A stretch of DNA of 64,000 nt from Candidatus Omnitrophota bacterium (GTDB lineage Bacteria; Omnitrophota; Gorgyraeia; Gorgyraeales; Gorgyraeaceae): NCBI GenBank assembly GCA_018814825.1, contig JAHIYJ010000090.1, positions 1,321 to 65,320 on the forward strand. The letters are read 5' to 3'. The notes beneath the pieces are model-generated. The model was given only the letters and a program-made list of their open reading frames with translations, had not been told where the DNA came from and did no database searches. Made by a program: the position numbers and the translations under genes. Below are positions 28,695-37,265 of the stretch, in pieces (within the stretch, counting starts at the first letter, position 1; each line of letters begins with the position of its first letter).

Positions 28695-28725
28695 TTATAA
28701 TTATAGTAAAAAGGAGGTGATATTT

Positions 28726-29061
28726 ATGAACAAGAAAGGTTTTACGTTAATTGAATTGATTATGGTCATCGTTATACTTGGTATCTTGGCAGCTGTAGCT
28801 ATCCCTAAATTTGTAGGGCTGCAGGATGAAGCCAAGCAGGCAAGCTGCGATGGAAATTTGGCCGCAGTCAGGTCAGCTCTATCTGCTTATTATGCTGTAA
28901 CAGCAGTTAGGATCGGCACAGCAACATTTCCAAGCGCGCTTACTAACACAACATTTACAGACAACTATTTTACAGAGCAGACATTGCCTGTTTGTCCGTT
29001 TGGCTCAACATGGAGCTACAACTCTGCGACCGGCGCAGTAAGCGGTCATGGCCACACATAG
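28726..29061 (+). CDS. pilA: Short type IVa major pilin (PilA-like)
   Basis: MNKKG|FTLIELIMVIVILGILAAVAIPKF, 111 aa. The C-terminal third is Ser/Thr-rich. The RBS AGGAGGTG precedes it. The listed 28717 start is a GTG inside the RBS. Confidence 0.8.
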   Translation: MNKKGFTLIELIMVIVILGILAAVAIPKFVGLQDEAKQASCDGNLAAVRSALSAYYAVTAVRIGTATFPSALTNTTFTDNYFTEQTLPVCPFGSTWSYNSATGAVSGHGHT

Positions 29062-29155
29062 TATGAATAGGACTTAACAAGCAGTATGATTTTACGATGG
29101 GGGAGAAAGAAAGGGGATAAACAAAGCCTTCGTTCTCCCCCTGTTTTTATGGCCT

Positions 29156-30307
29156 ATGGATAATAAGATAAATATTTTTTCTATCTTCGCAATTATATTA
29201 TTGGGCGTCATAATCTATTCTAATGCCCTGAAAGGTCCTTTTGTCTATGATGATTTTCACAGCATAACAGATAATCCCTATATAAAACAACCGAGTCTTC
29301 TTTCTTCCCTGTTCGATCTCTCTTATGTAACTCATCCATCTCAGGCAAGATCAATATACCGTCCAGTGTTGATGTTTACATTTTTTTTAAACTATGCATT
29401 TGGCAGTTTTAACCCCATAGGCTATCATTTAGTAAATATTTTTCTGCATATCATGAATGGATTCCTGGTCTTTTTCCTGATAAAGGAACTTTTAGGGCCG
29501 GCGTATATTTTTAGAGAGAGGATTGCCTTATTTTCTGCCCTGATTTTTATCAGTCACCCCGTACAAACTGAAACCGTAAATTATATTATCTGCCGCTCAG
29601 AGTTATTGGCCGGATTTTTTCTTCTTTTATCTTTCTCTCTTTATATAAAGGCAGTGCGCTCTACGAAAGAAAGGTATAGTTTTTATAGAGCTTCTCTTAT
29701 TGCCTTTGGCCTCGGGCTTTTGTCCAAAGAGACGGCTCTTATGCTGCCCCTAATAATCTTTTTCTACGAATGCCTGTTTATTGGTTGGAAAAATTTTAAG
29801 GAATTCCTATGGCGGTTAAAAAGATACTATTCTTTTTTTGCTGTTATGGCCGTCATATATATCCTTTTACGGACGTTTCTATTAGGGAATTTTTTGGGGA
29901 AGTTGAGCATAAGTTCTCCGGTGAGGCCCCTTTTTATAAATCTCCTGACCCAAGCCAAGGTATGTGTTTTTTATTATCTTCGGCTGCTCTTTTTCCCATT
30001 CGGACTTTCTATCGATCACTATGTCCCTGTAGCTAAGCCTATTTTTGAATTCCCTGTTTTAATGTCTATTATTTTAATCATTATTCTTTTAGCCTCTGCT
30101 TTTATACTGCGGCGCAAGAATAAAGCTGTATCATTTTTTATTCTTTGGTTTTTCATTAACCTTATCCCAACAGGCATTATTCCTCTGCACATTATTATGA
30201 ATGAACACAGACTTTACCTTTCTACCGTTAGTTTCGGTTTTCTTGTTTCCTTGGCCTTGATAAGCGCCCCCGTCCTAAAAAAAAACCGCAATTTCTTAGT
30301 CAGTTGA
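29156..30307 (+). CDS. TMTC-like (PMT_2/DUF1736) GT-C glycosyltransferase, membrane domain; apparently split from its TPR domain
   Basis: GPFVYDDFHSITDNP and YRPVLMFTFFLNYAFGSFNPIGYHLVNIFLHIMNGFLVFF match the GFVWDD / YRPL..LSF..GYHL.N..LH signature of TMTC-like O-mannosyltransferase-like proteins. About 10 TM segments. Confidence 0.6.
   Translation: MDNKINIFSIFAIILLGVIIYSNALKGPFVYDDFHSITDNPYIKQPSLLSSLFDLSYVTHPSQARSIYRPVLMFTFFLNYAFGSFNPIGYHLVNIFLHIMNGFLVFFLIKELLGPAYIFRERIALFSALIFISHPVQTETVNYIICRSELLAGFFLLLSFSLYIKAVRSTKERYSFYRASLIAFGLGLLSKETALMLPLIIFFYECLFIGWKNFKEFLWRLKRYYSFFAVMAVIYILLRTFLLGNFLGKLSISSPVRPLFINLLTQAKVCVFYYLRLLFFPFGLSIDHYVPVAKPIFEFPVLMSIILIIILLASAFILRRKNKAVSFFILWFFINLIPTGIIPLHIIMNEHRLYLSTVSFGFLVSLALISAPVLKKNRNFLVS
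30277..30285. repeat. A9 homopolymer 20 nt before the stop of the TMTC-like membrane-domain ORF
   Basis: An A10 tract would read ..LKKKPQFLSQLIPSLCVIFF.. and fuse 29156..30307 in-frame to 30304..31095. Confidence 0.7.
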
Positions 30308-31095
30308 TTCCCAGTCTATGCGTAATCTTTTTTTCTGTATTAACGCTAAACAGAAACCCCTATTGGCAGGATGGGATTGAGCTCTGGAAGGCATCTGTTA
30401 AGGTAACGCCCTATTCTAATCGCAGTCATCATAATCTGGGTATAGAATATCTTAAAAAAGAGAGATATGGCGAGGCAGAAGAAGAATTTAAAGAGGCTAT
30501 AAGGCTAAAGCCGGATTATTATTATGCCTATGCCTGCCTGGGTTATCTGTATCATAAGAAAGGTGATTACGGGAAGGCGATAGAGTGTTATCGCTATAGC
30601 CAGAAACTTCAGCCAAATTTGTTTATTACCTTTTATCTCTCAGGAAATATTTATGACGATGAAGGGAAGATTGATGAGGCTATAATCGAGTATCAGAAAG
30701 CCCTTTGGCTTAATCCGGATTTCGGGATGGGGCATTTTCGGCTGGGAGTGCTTCTTGACAAAAAGAGATTTTATTCTGATGCAGAAGCTGAGTATAAAAG
30801 GGCGATATACCTTGACCATAAGATCCCTGAGGCACATTATAATTTAGGCATTATTTACGGTAAACAGGGTAATGCCCTTGCAGTTGAGGAATTCAGAAAG
30901 GCGATAAAGATAAACCCAGGATACCCTGAGGCACATTATAATTTGGCCATAACTTACGCCGCCCTGATGCCCCCAGATCTTAGACTGGCCCGAGAACATT
31001 TCGACAAGGCAAGAGAATTAGGTTATAATGTCGATGAGGGATTGGTGGATACCTTGTTAAATTTTAATGACAAAGATGAAGACAAAAGGCCTTAA
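30304..31095 (+). CDS. TPR-repeat domain, probable C-terminal part of the TMTC-like glycosyltransferase; as annotated it has a TTG start overlapping the upstream stop by 4 nt
   Basis: A last TM helix (IPSLCVIFFSVLTL) is followed by RNPYWQDGIELWKASVKVTPYS..NLG and at least 5 TPR units. Confidence 0.55.
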   Translation: MIPSLCVIFFSVLTLNRNPYWQDGIELWKASVKVTPYSNRSHHNLGIEYLKKERYGEAEEEFKEAIRLKPDYYYAYACLGYLYHKKGDYGKAIECYRYSQKLQPNLFITFYLSGNIYDDEGKIDEAIIEYQKALWLNPDFGMGHFRLGVLLDKKRFYSDAEAEYKRAIYLDHKIPEAHYNLGIIYGKQGNALAVEEFRKAIKINPGYPEAHYNLAITYAALMPPDLRLAREHFDKARELGYNVDEGLVDTLLNFNDKDEDKRP

Positions 31096-31795
31096 TGCCG
31101 GTTTTCTAATTCTTGCATCTCTTCTTGTATTATTTTCATATCTCTCTATAAAGAGGAATATTATCTGGAGTGACCCGCTCAAGATATGGGAAGAAGCAGT
31201 GAGGCTCTCGCCATACTCTAGCATGGCTCATTATAACTTGGGTATAGTTTTAGATAAGGATGGACAGCTGGATCTGGCCATGGAGGAATTTCAGGAGGCA
31301 ATAAGGCTTAACCCTTCACATGCCCTTGCCCATACCTCCTTAGGGGTTGCCTATAACCAGAAAGGCCTTTTGGATTTAGCAATAGAAGAACATAAAAAAG
31401 CCATACTTTTAGATCCGGATCTGTCAGAGGCCTATAATAATTTAGGCCTTGCTTTCTCAGCGAGTTCTCAGTTTAATGAGGCCATTGAAAACTACAAGAT
31501 AGCATTGGGGTTAAATCCGTGGCTGCTGGAGGCCTATAACAATATAGGCATTGCTTACAGAAAGAACATGATGTTTAAAGAGGCTTTAGAAACCTACGAA
31601 AAGGCAATAACGATTGATCCAGGCTTTAGTGCGGCTTATAATGGTATTGGCGTCGTGTATACCAATCTGGGCAATTTTAAAGAGGCAGAATACTGGTTTA
31701 GAAAGACGATCGAGATATCGCCTGAAAGCAAGGCTGCTCAGCTCGCAGCTGATAATTTAGCCCGTCTTGATATATTGTTAAAAACCGGATATTGA
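31067..31795 (+). CDS. Membrane-anchored TPR-repeat protein, paralog of the preceding TPR segment
   Basis: A TM helix (FLILASLLVLFSYL) is followed by IWSDPLKIWEEAVRLSPYSSMAHYNLG and 5 to 6 TPRs. Confidence 0.55.
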   Translation: MTKMKTKGLNAGFLILASLLVLFSYLSIKRNIIWSDPLKIWEEAVRLSPYSSMAHYNLGIVLDKDGQLDLAMEEFQEAIRLNPSHALAHTSLGVAYNQKGLLDLAIEEHKKAILLDPDLSEAYNNLGLAFSASSQFNEAIENYKIALGLNPWLLEAYNNIGIAYRKNMMFKEALETYEKAITIDPGFSAAYNGIGVVYTNLGNFKEAEYWFRKTIEISPESKAAQLAADNLARLDILLKTGY

Positions 31796-32655
31796 AAGGA
31801 GGTATTGTGGCCAGGATAAGCATTGTCATCCCTGCATATAATGAGGAGGCTTCCATCAAACAGGTGTTGATGGGGCTGAAGAAACTGGATAATGATTATG
31901 AGGTTATTGTGGTTGATGATGGCTCAAAAGATAATACTTATTCTCTGGTAAAGGAGTCGGGGGTGAAGGTGATCCGCCATCCTTACAATAAGGGTTATGG
32001 AGCAGCAATTAAAACTGGAACGAAAGTGGCTGGTTCTGAGATAGTGTTTTTGATGGATGCCGACACACAGCATAATCCCGCGGACATCCCGCGGCTTTGT
32101 GAATACATGGAAGAATTTGACATGGTCGTGGGCCAGAGGAGTAAGGGCTCAAAGGCCCCATTGGCACGCAGGCTTGGTAAGTGGGCCTTAAAAAGGGCCG
32201 CTGTTTTTTTGGCAAGGATGGATATCCCTGATTTAAACTCAGGATTCAGGGTAGTTAAAAAAGAGGTTATCCTGAAATTTATGCATATTCTGCCAGATAC
32301 ATTTTCTCTTTCGACCACTTTAACTTTGGCAGTCATAAAAGGAGGGTATACAATTAAGTATGTCCCGATAACCACAAAAAAGAGGGTTGGTAAGAGTTCA
32401 CTAAACCTCTTTAGGGATGGCTATAGGACTATACTTTTAATATTATCAACCATTGCCCTTTTTGACCCATTAAGGGTATTTACTCCTTTGGCGATCAGCC
32501 TCTTTATTCCCGGATCCATCTACACCGGCTATCAATTGGTCTTTTTCCACAATGTCCCTGATTCAGGGATCTTACTGGTTATCTCCGGCATGTTAATCTT
32601 TTTTTTCGGAATATTGGCAGAGCAGATTAGTCAGATGAGACGTCAGATGAGATGA
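31792..32655 (+). CDS. GT2-family polyprenyl-phosphate sugar synthase-like glycosyltransferase (DPM1/ArnC/GtrB-like) with C-terminal TM helices
   Basis: ISIVIPAYNEEASI..YEVIVVDDGSKDNT and a DAD motif (LMDADTQH). Two C-terminal TM segments. Confidence 0.7.
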   Translation: MKGGIVARISIVIPAYNEEASIKQVLMGLKKLDNDYEVIVVDDGSKDNTYSLVKESGVKVIRHPYNKGYGAAIKTGTKVAGSEIVFLMDADTQHNPADIPRLCEYMEEFDMVVGQRSKGSKAPLARRLGKWALKRAAVFLARMDIPDLNSGFRVVKKEVILKFMHILPDTFSLSTTLTLAVIKGGYTIKYVPITTKKRVGKSSLNLFRDGYRTILLILSTIALFDPLRVFTPLAISLFIPGSIYTGYQLVFFHNVPDSGILLVISGMLIFFFGILAEQISQMRRQMR

Positions 32656-34064
32656 AGGCACTGTTAATTTACCCGCCCAAGCAGCACATGATCAAGACAA
32701 ACGTCCCTGAATTTGTTGATAAGGAGACAGGTTCATACCCGCCGTTAGGGCTTTTGTACATAGCCGGTTTTATTCAAAGGAACAGCAGTCACGAGGTCGA
32801 GGTTTTGGATACACAGGCTGAGGGATTGGATTATGTGCAGATCGAAGAAAAGATAAGAGAAAAAAGACCTGATATTGTGGGAATACAGGTCTTTACCTTT
32901 ACCCTCATAGATGCTATCCTGACTGCTGAAACAGTCAAGAAGGTGAGCAATAATATCCTGGTATGTTTTGGAGGGCCACATGTGAATATATATCCTGAAG
33001 AGACGATAAATATCCCTGAAGCCGACTTTCTTATTATGGGAGAGGGTGAGATCAGGTTTACGAGACTACTGGATGCCTTAGATAAAAGAGAAGGATTGAT
33101 GGATATAGATGGGATCATTTTTAAGGATAATTCCAGGATTATCAGGACGCCTCTAAGAGGATATATTGAAGATCTGGATTCCATTCCTTTTCCAGCCCGC
33201 AGACTCAGCCCGTATAAAAAATATTACTCCTTGCTGGCTAAACAGACGCCTGTTACCACGATGATAACATCCCGAGGCTGTCCATTCAGGTGTCTTTTTT
33301 GCGGCCGCCCGCACCTCGGAAAAAAGTTCCGTGCCAGGTCTGCCGCTAATGTGGTGGATGAGATAGAGGATTCTCTAAAGATAGGGATACGGGAATTCTT
33401 TTTTTATGACGACACATTTTCAGTAAATAGGGATAGGGCCTACGATATCTGTGACGAGATTTTAAAGAGGGGCCTGGAGGTCAGCTGGGATGTACGCACA
33501 CGCATTGATACAGTGGACGAGGGGCTGTTGAAGAGATTGAAAAAAGCAGGCTGTGAAAGGATACATTATGGAGTTGAGGCAGGAACAAAGGAGATATTAA
33601 ATGTTTTATGTAAAGATATCGATCTTAAAAAGGCAAAGGAGATTTTTAAAAAAACAAAGGATTTAGGGATAACTACTCTGGCCTATTTTATGATCGGTTC
33701 GCCTACGGAAACAAAAGACCAGATATTAAGGACAATAGATTTTGCAATCGAACTGGATCCTGATTTCGTTCATTTTTCTATTACCACGCCATTCCCTGCA
33801 ACCGAACTATATCGCCTCGGCCTGGAAAGAGGGGTTTTAAAAAAAGACTACTGGAGAGAATTTGCTTCAGAACCTAAAAAAAATTTTATCCCTGAGATGT
33901 GGGAAGAAAACCTCTCACGGGATGAGCTATCCGCATTATTAAAGTTTGCCTATAAGCGATTCTATGCCAGGCCCTGTTATATCATGAAAGAATTGGCCAA
34001 GGTCAGAGATGTCAGGGAATTATTGAGAAAGATAAAGGCTGGATTAAATGTAATCAAGAGTTAG
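32652..34064 (+). CDS. B12-binding-domain radical SAM enzyme (class B rSAM), copy 1
   Basis: N-terminal B12-binding Rossmann segment (PPLGLLYIAGFI..DIVGIQV). rSAM cluster MITSRGCPFRCLFCG. 470 aa. Confidence 0.7.
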   Translation: MKALLIYPPKQHMIKTNVPEFVDKETGSYPPLGLLYIAGFIQRNSSHEVEVLDTQAEGLDYVQIEEKIREKRPDIVGIQVFTFTLIDAILTAETVKKVSNNILVCFGGPHVNIYPEETINIPEADFLIMGEGEIRFTRLLDALDKREGLMDIDGIIFKDNSRIIRTPLRGYIEDLDSIPFPARRLSPYKKYYSLLAKQTPVTTMITSRGCPFRCLFCGRPHLGKKFRARSAANVVDEIEDSLKIGIREFFFYDDTFSVNRDRAYDICDEILKRGLEVSWDVRTRIDTVDEGLLKRLKKAGCERIHYGVEAGTKEILNVLCKDIDLKKAKEIFKKTKDLGITTLAYFMIGSPTETKDQILRTIDFAIELDPDFVHFSITTPFPATELYRLGLERGVLKKDYWREFASEPKKNFIPEMWEENLSRDELSALLKFAYKRFYARPCYIMKELAKVRDVRELLRKIKAGLNVIKS

Positions 34065-34066
34065 AA

Positions 34067-35494
34067 ATGAATATCGTCTTAATCAATGTCCCTTATTTAG
34101 AGGTATACGGTAAGTTAAACGTAGGAAAGAATTCAAGCTTTCCTTTGGGTTTGGGCTATATCGCCGCGGTTTTAAGACAGGCAGGGTATAATGTTAATTT
34201 GCTTGATCCAGAGCCGCAGGGAATGGACTTAATTAATATAAGGGCATATCTTCTGCAAAAGAGGCCTGATATGGTGGGCCTTTCCTGCGCTACAGCAAAC
34301 TTTAAGAATGCTTTAGCTATTGGGGCCATTGTCAAAGAAGCAATAGGCGTTACAGTAGTTCTTGGGGGGGTGCATGCCTCGGCATTACCCAGAGAAATTT
34401 TAAGTAACTTTTCCCAATTTGATTTTTTAGTAATCGGCGAGGGCGAAGAGACAATAGTCGGGCTTGCTGCTTTTTTGGAGAGCGGCTATGGAAGCCTGGA
34501 TGATATAAGGGGCATTGCCTATAGAAAAGACAAGATGATTAAACTAACAGCGCCGAGGCCTTTTATGTCCATAGAAAAGTTGGCAGAGCTCCCTTTTCCA
34601 GCAAGGGATTTGGTTGATATCAGCCTGTACCGTCCCCAGGCGCATTTGGATCGCGGTAAACCTGCGGCAAGCATGATTACCTCCAGGGGTTGTCCTGCCA
34701 GATGCACTTTTTGCGCATCTTACCTGACGACTGGATATGCCTTTCGCTGGCGCAGTCCTGAAAGTGTGGTCAGGGAAATCGAGGATTTGGTTTATAATTA
34801 TAGGATAGAACACATTATATTTGTAGATGATACATTTACTTTTCTTGAGGATAGGGCAAAAAAGATTTGCCAGCTTATTTTAGAAAAAGGCCTTGAGATT
34901 GACTGGTATTGCTTTGCCCGCGCAGACAAGGTTTCAGAGGAACTGCTGTTAGCAATGAAACAGGCAGGCTGCTTCAGTCTTTTATTTGGCGTAGAATCCG
35001 GGGATGAAGACATATTGAGGAATATTAAGAAAGGGATAACTCCCCAACAGTCTAAACAGGCATTGGATACGGCAAATAGAATGGGATTTAAGACCTTGGC
35101 AGGGTTTATGTTCGGTAATCCTGGCGAGACGCCTGAGACTGCGAAAAAAACACTGGATTTTGCTGTAGAACTTAATCCAACCATCGCTTCTTTTAATATC
35201 CTGGTGCCGTATCCAGGGACAGAGGTATTTAAAACGCATTACAGGGAGAGGTTTAAAGATCCTGCAACCTGGGATAGTTTTTTGCCCAGGGCAGTAGAAC
35301 CAGTTGCTGAAACAGAGGCCCTTACGAATAAAGATTTGACGCGCTGGGCTTCCTGGGCCTTTATAAGATTTTATGCGTTACGTCCTTGGCATGTTCTGGG
35401 TATGCTGAGGAAGATAAAGACATGGGGAGAGATCAAGTCTTATCTAAGAGGTGCATGGGGTTTGACGCAGAGGATCTGGGAGTGGAGAAAATGA
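34067..35494 (+). CDS. B12-binding-domain radical SAM enzyme (class B rSAM), copy 2
   Basis: FPLGLGYIAAVL..DMVGLS and MITSRGCPARCTFCAS. 475 aa. Paralogous to the preceding gene. Confidence 0.7.
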   Translation: MNIVLINVPYLEVYGKLNVGKNSSFPLGLGYIAAVLRQAGYNVNLLDPEPQGMDLINIRAYLLQKRPDMVGLSCATANFKNALAIGAIVKEAIGVTVVLGGVHASALPREILSNFSQFDFLVIGEGEETIVGLAAFLESGYGSLDDIRGIAYRKDKMIKLTAPRPFMSIEKLAELPFPARDLVDISLYRPQAHLDRGKPAASMITSRGCPARCTFCASYLTTGYAFRWRSPESVVREIEDLVYNYRIEHIIFVDDTFTFLEDRAKKICQLILEKGLEIDWYCFARADKVSEELLLAMKQAGCFSLLFGVESGDEDILRNIKKGITPQQSKQALDTANRMGFKTLAGFMFGNPGETPETAKKTLDFAVELNPTIASFNILVPYPGTEVFKTHYRERFKDPATWDSFLPRAVEPVAETEALTNKDLTRWASWAFIRFYALRPWHVLGMLRKIKTWGEIKSYLRGAWGLTQRIWEWRK

Positions 35495-36165
35495 TGACGG
35501 TAAAACAATTCCAGACGCACCAGAAACGTTATTGGGAAAGAAATGGCTTGGCAAAGAGAAGGCACCCTGCGCATCCTGTGATAGAAGCATATGTCCTCCC
35601 AAAGATTAACATTCTGCGCAGTTACGTTGACCTAAAACCCGAGACTCGACTTTTGGATGTTGGCTGCGGCAATGGCTTTTTTACTTTCTACTTTGACAAG
35701 ATCTGCAATGCTTATGGCATAGACTATTCTGAGATAATGTTACAGATGAACCCTGTTAAAAAGACCTCCATTATGAATGCCAGTGACTTGAGATTTGAAG
35801 ACAATTCATTCGACGCAGTCTTCTGCCATGCCTTGTTACACCATGTCGATGATATTGATAGAGTAATACAGGAGATGAGACGTGTTTCCAGAAGATATGT
35901 AATAATCCTTGAGCCAAACAGAAATAACCCTTTGATGTTTTTGTTTTCACTGCTAGTCAAGGAAGAAAGGCAGGCTATAAGGTTTTCACTGCCATATCTG
36001 ATAAGGGCACTCAATAGGAATGCCTTATCTGTCATAGCCTCTTTTTCATACGGCATGATTGCGCCTAATAAAACACCGGCATTTTTTATTCCATTGGCAG
36101 GCTTGTTCAATTTCAAGCATCCACTGGGAATCACAAATTTCATAATAGCGGAAAAGTTGCAATAG
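35491..36165 (+). CDS. Class I SAM-dependent methyltransferase
   Basis: LLDVGCGNGFFTFYF is the SAM-binding motif I. ATG 35491 overlaps the upstream stop (ATGA). The listed 35386 start is an in-frame upstream extension inside the preceding gene. Confidence 0.65.
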   Translation: MMTVKQFQTHQKRYWERNGLAKRRHPAHPVIEAYVLPKINILRSYVDLKPETRLLDVGCGNGFFTFYFDKICNAYGIDYSEIMLQMNPVKKTSIMNASDLRFEDNSFDAVFCHALLHHVDDIDRVIQEMRRVSRRYVIILEPNRNNPLMFLFSLLVKEERQAIRFSLPYLIRALNRNALSVIASFSYGMIAPNKTPAFFIPLAGLFNFKHPLGITNFIIAEKLQ

Positions 36166-36198
36166 CTATATGTGCAGAGAAAACACCCGTTCAGTTTG

Positions 36199-36226
36199 TT
36201 GATTTTGGTACGAGATGTGATATAAT
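36199..36226 (+). promoter_or_regulatory. Sigma-70-like promoter TTGATT-N16-(TGa)TATAAT upstream of the second minor-pilin operon
   Basis: The sequence reads ttgattttggtacgagatgtgatataat. It has an extended -10 TG and lies about 35 nt from the start. Confidence 0.4.
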
Positions 36227-36257
36227 TTATAAAACATTCGGGTTAAAGATCTGGGGT

Positions 36258-36782
36258 TTGTTTATGATGCGAAGGGGATTTACTATTATCGAACTTATAA
36301 TGGTGATGGTGATTATCGCCATTTTGGCAGTAATTGCCATACCTAGGTTTGAGAGTTTTTATGAGATAAAATTAAGAGGCACGGCAAATAGACTGGTTTT
36401 AGATATTAGGTATGCCCAAAGGGTGGCGATCTCCGAACATGAAAGCTATGGCTTGGAGTTTGATGCTGCAAACGAGAGATATCGGGTATACCAAGTGTCA
36501 ACAGATTTGCCAGCCAGAGATCCTTTGACTCGATCGACAGGCACGGCGCAATGGAACGGCGGCCTTGTTTTAGACTATAATTCAGATTCAGAATATGGCG
36601 GCATTGACCTGACTTCTGCTAATTTTAATGGAACAGACAGGCTGCGCTTTACTTCCTTAGGTGTCCCTCAAGATGCGAATGGCACTAACCTTAGTTCGAT
36701 AGGGACAGTATCTATTTCTTATGAGGGATCGAGCGAGACAGTCAATGTCACGCCTAATACAGGAAAAGTGACCCTACAATGA
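36258..36782 (+). CDS. Minor pseudopilin, GspH/FimT-like
   Basis: MFMMRRG|FTIIELIMVMVIIAILAVIAIPRF is followed by ..LVLDIRYAQRVAISE.. 174 aa. Confidence 0.6.
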   Translation: MFMMRRGFTIIELIMVMVIIAILAVIAIPRFESFYEIKLRGTANRLVLDIRYAQRVAISEHESYGLEFDAANERYRVYQVSTDLPARDPLTRSTGTAQWNGGLVLDYNSDSEYGGIDLTSANFNGTDRLRFTSLGVPQDANGTNLSSIGTVSISYEGSSETVNVTPNTGKVTLQ

Positions 36783-37264
36783 GACAGGAAGCAGGTATTA
36801 CCTTGATCGAACTGGTCTTAATTATTGTCCTTATCGGATTGGTCGTGCCGCCATTATTAACTGTATTTTCTGATATCACCAGAAGGAGTGCCCAGGCAGA
36901 ACTCATCTCTACGGCCAATGCTTTAACAAGGAGCTTGCTGGAAGAGATTGTTAGCAAGAAATATGATGAAAAGAATTCTTCTCCATGGAGCAATCCTTTA
37001 GGCGCTGATTCCGGGGAGACAAACCGGGATGCTTACGATGATGTCGATGATTTCGATGGATTTTCAGAGCCTTCTGTTCCTGGTTTTCCTGGTTTTTCCA
37101 GGAGTGTTACGGTTTATTACGTCAATCCCGACAGTTCTAATTTAGATACCCCTCAACCAGACTCCTGCAACACGTTGGATTATAAACGCGTAGATGTTAC
37201 AGTCAATCATCAATTAATAGGGGATTTAAAAATGTCTTCTATTGTTTCAAGGAGCCATTTTTGA
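36779..37264 (+). CDS. Minor pseudopilin, GspI/PilV-like
   Basis: MRQEAG|ITLIELVLIIVLIGLVV..AQAELISTANALTRSLLEEI. Confidence 0.55.
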   Translation: MRQEAGITLIELVLIIVLIGLVVPPLLTVFSDITRRSAQAELISTANALTRSLLEEIVSKKYDEKNSSPWSNPLGADSGETNRDAYDDVDDFDGFSEPSVPGFPGFSRSVTVYYVNPDSSNLDTPQPDSCNTLDYKRVDVTVNHQLIGDLKMSSIVSRSHF

Positions 37265-37265
37265 T

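Noticed and set aside
28487-28725. tRNA or small RNA in the long AT-rich intergenic regions (28487..28725, 38115..38290, 53025..53186, 55922..56131).
   Set aside because: There are no cloverleaf-compatible GC-rich stems and no conserved tRNA boxes. The regions are better explained as promoter or UAS DNA, and -24/-12 and -35/-10 elements were found there.
29809-30036. 75-aa ORF in an alternative frame inside the TMTC-like gene.
   Set aside because: It is fully embedded in a gene with a clear family signature in another frame, and is an overlapping-frame artefact.
35386-35490. Methyltransferase start at 35386, which would make it overlap the rSAM gene by 109 nt.
   Set aside because: The ATG at 35491 overlaps the upstream stop in ATGA fashion, and the MTase fold begins after it. 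The long overlap is an ORF-caller artefact.
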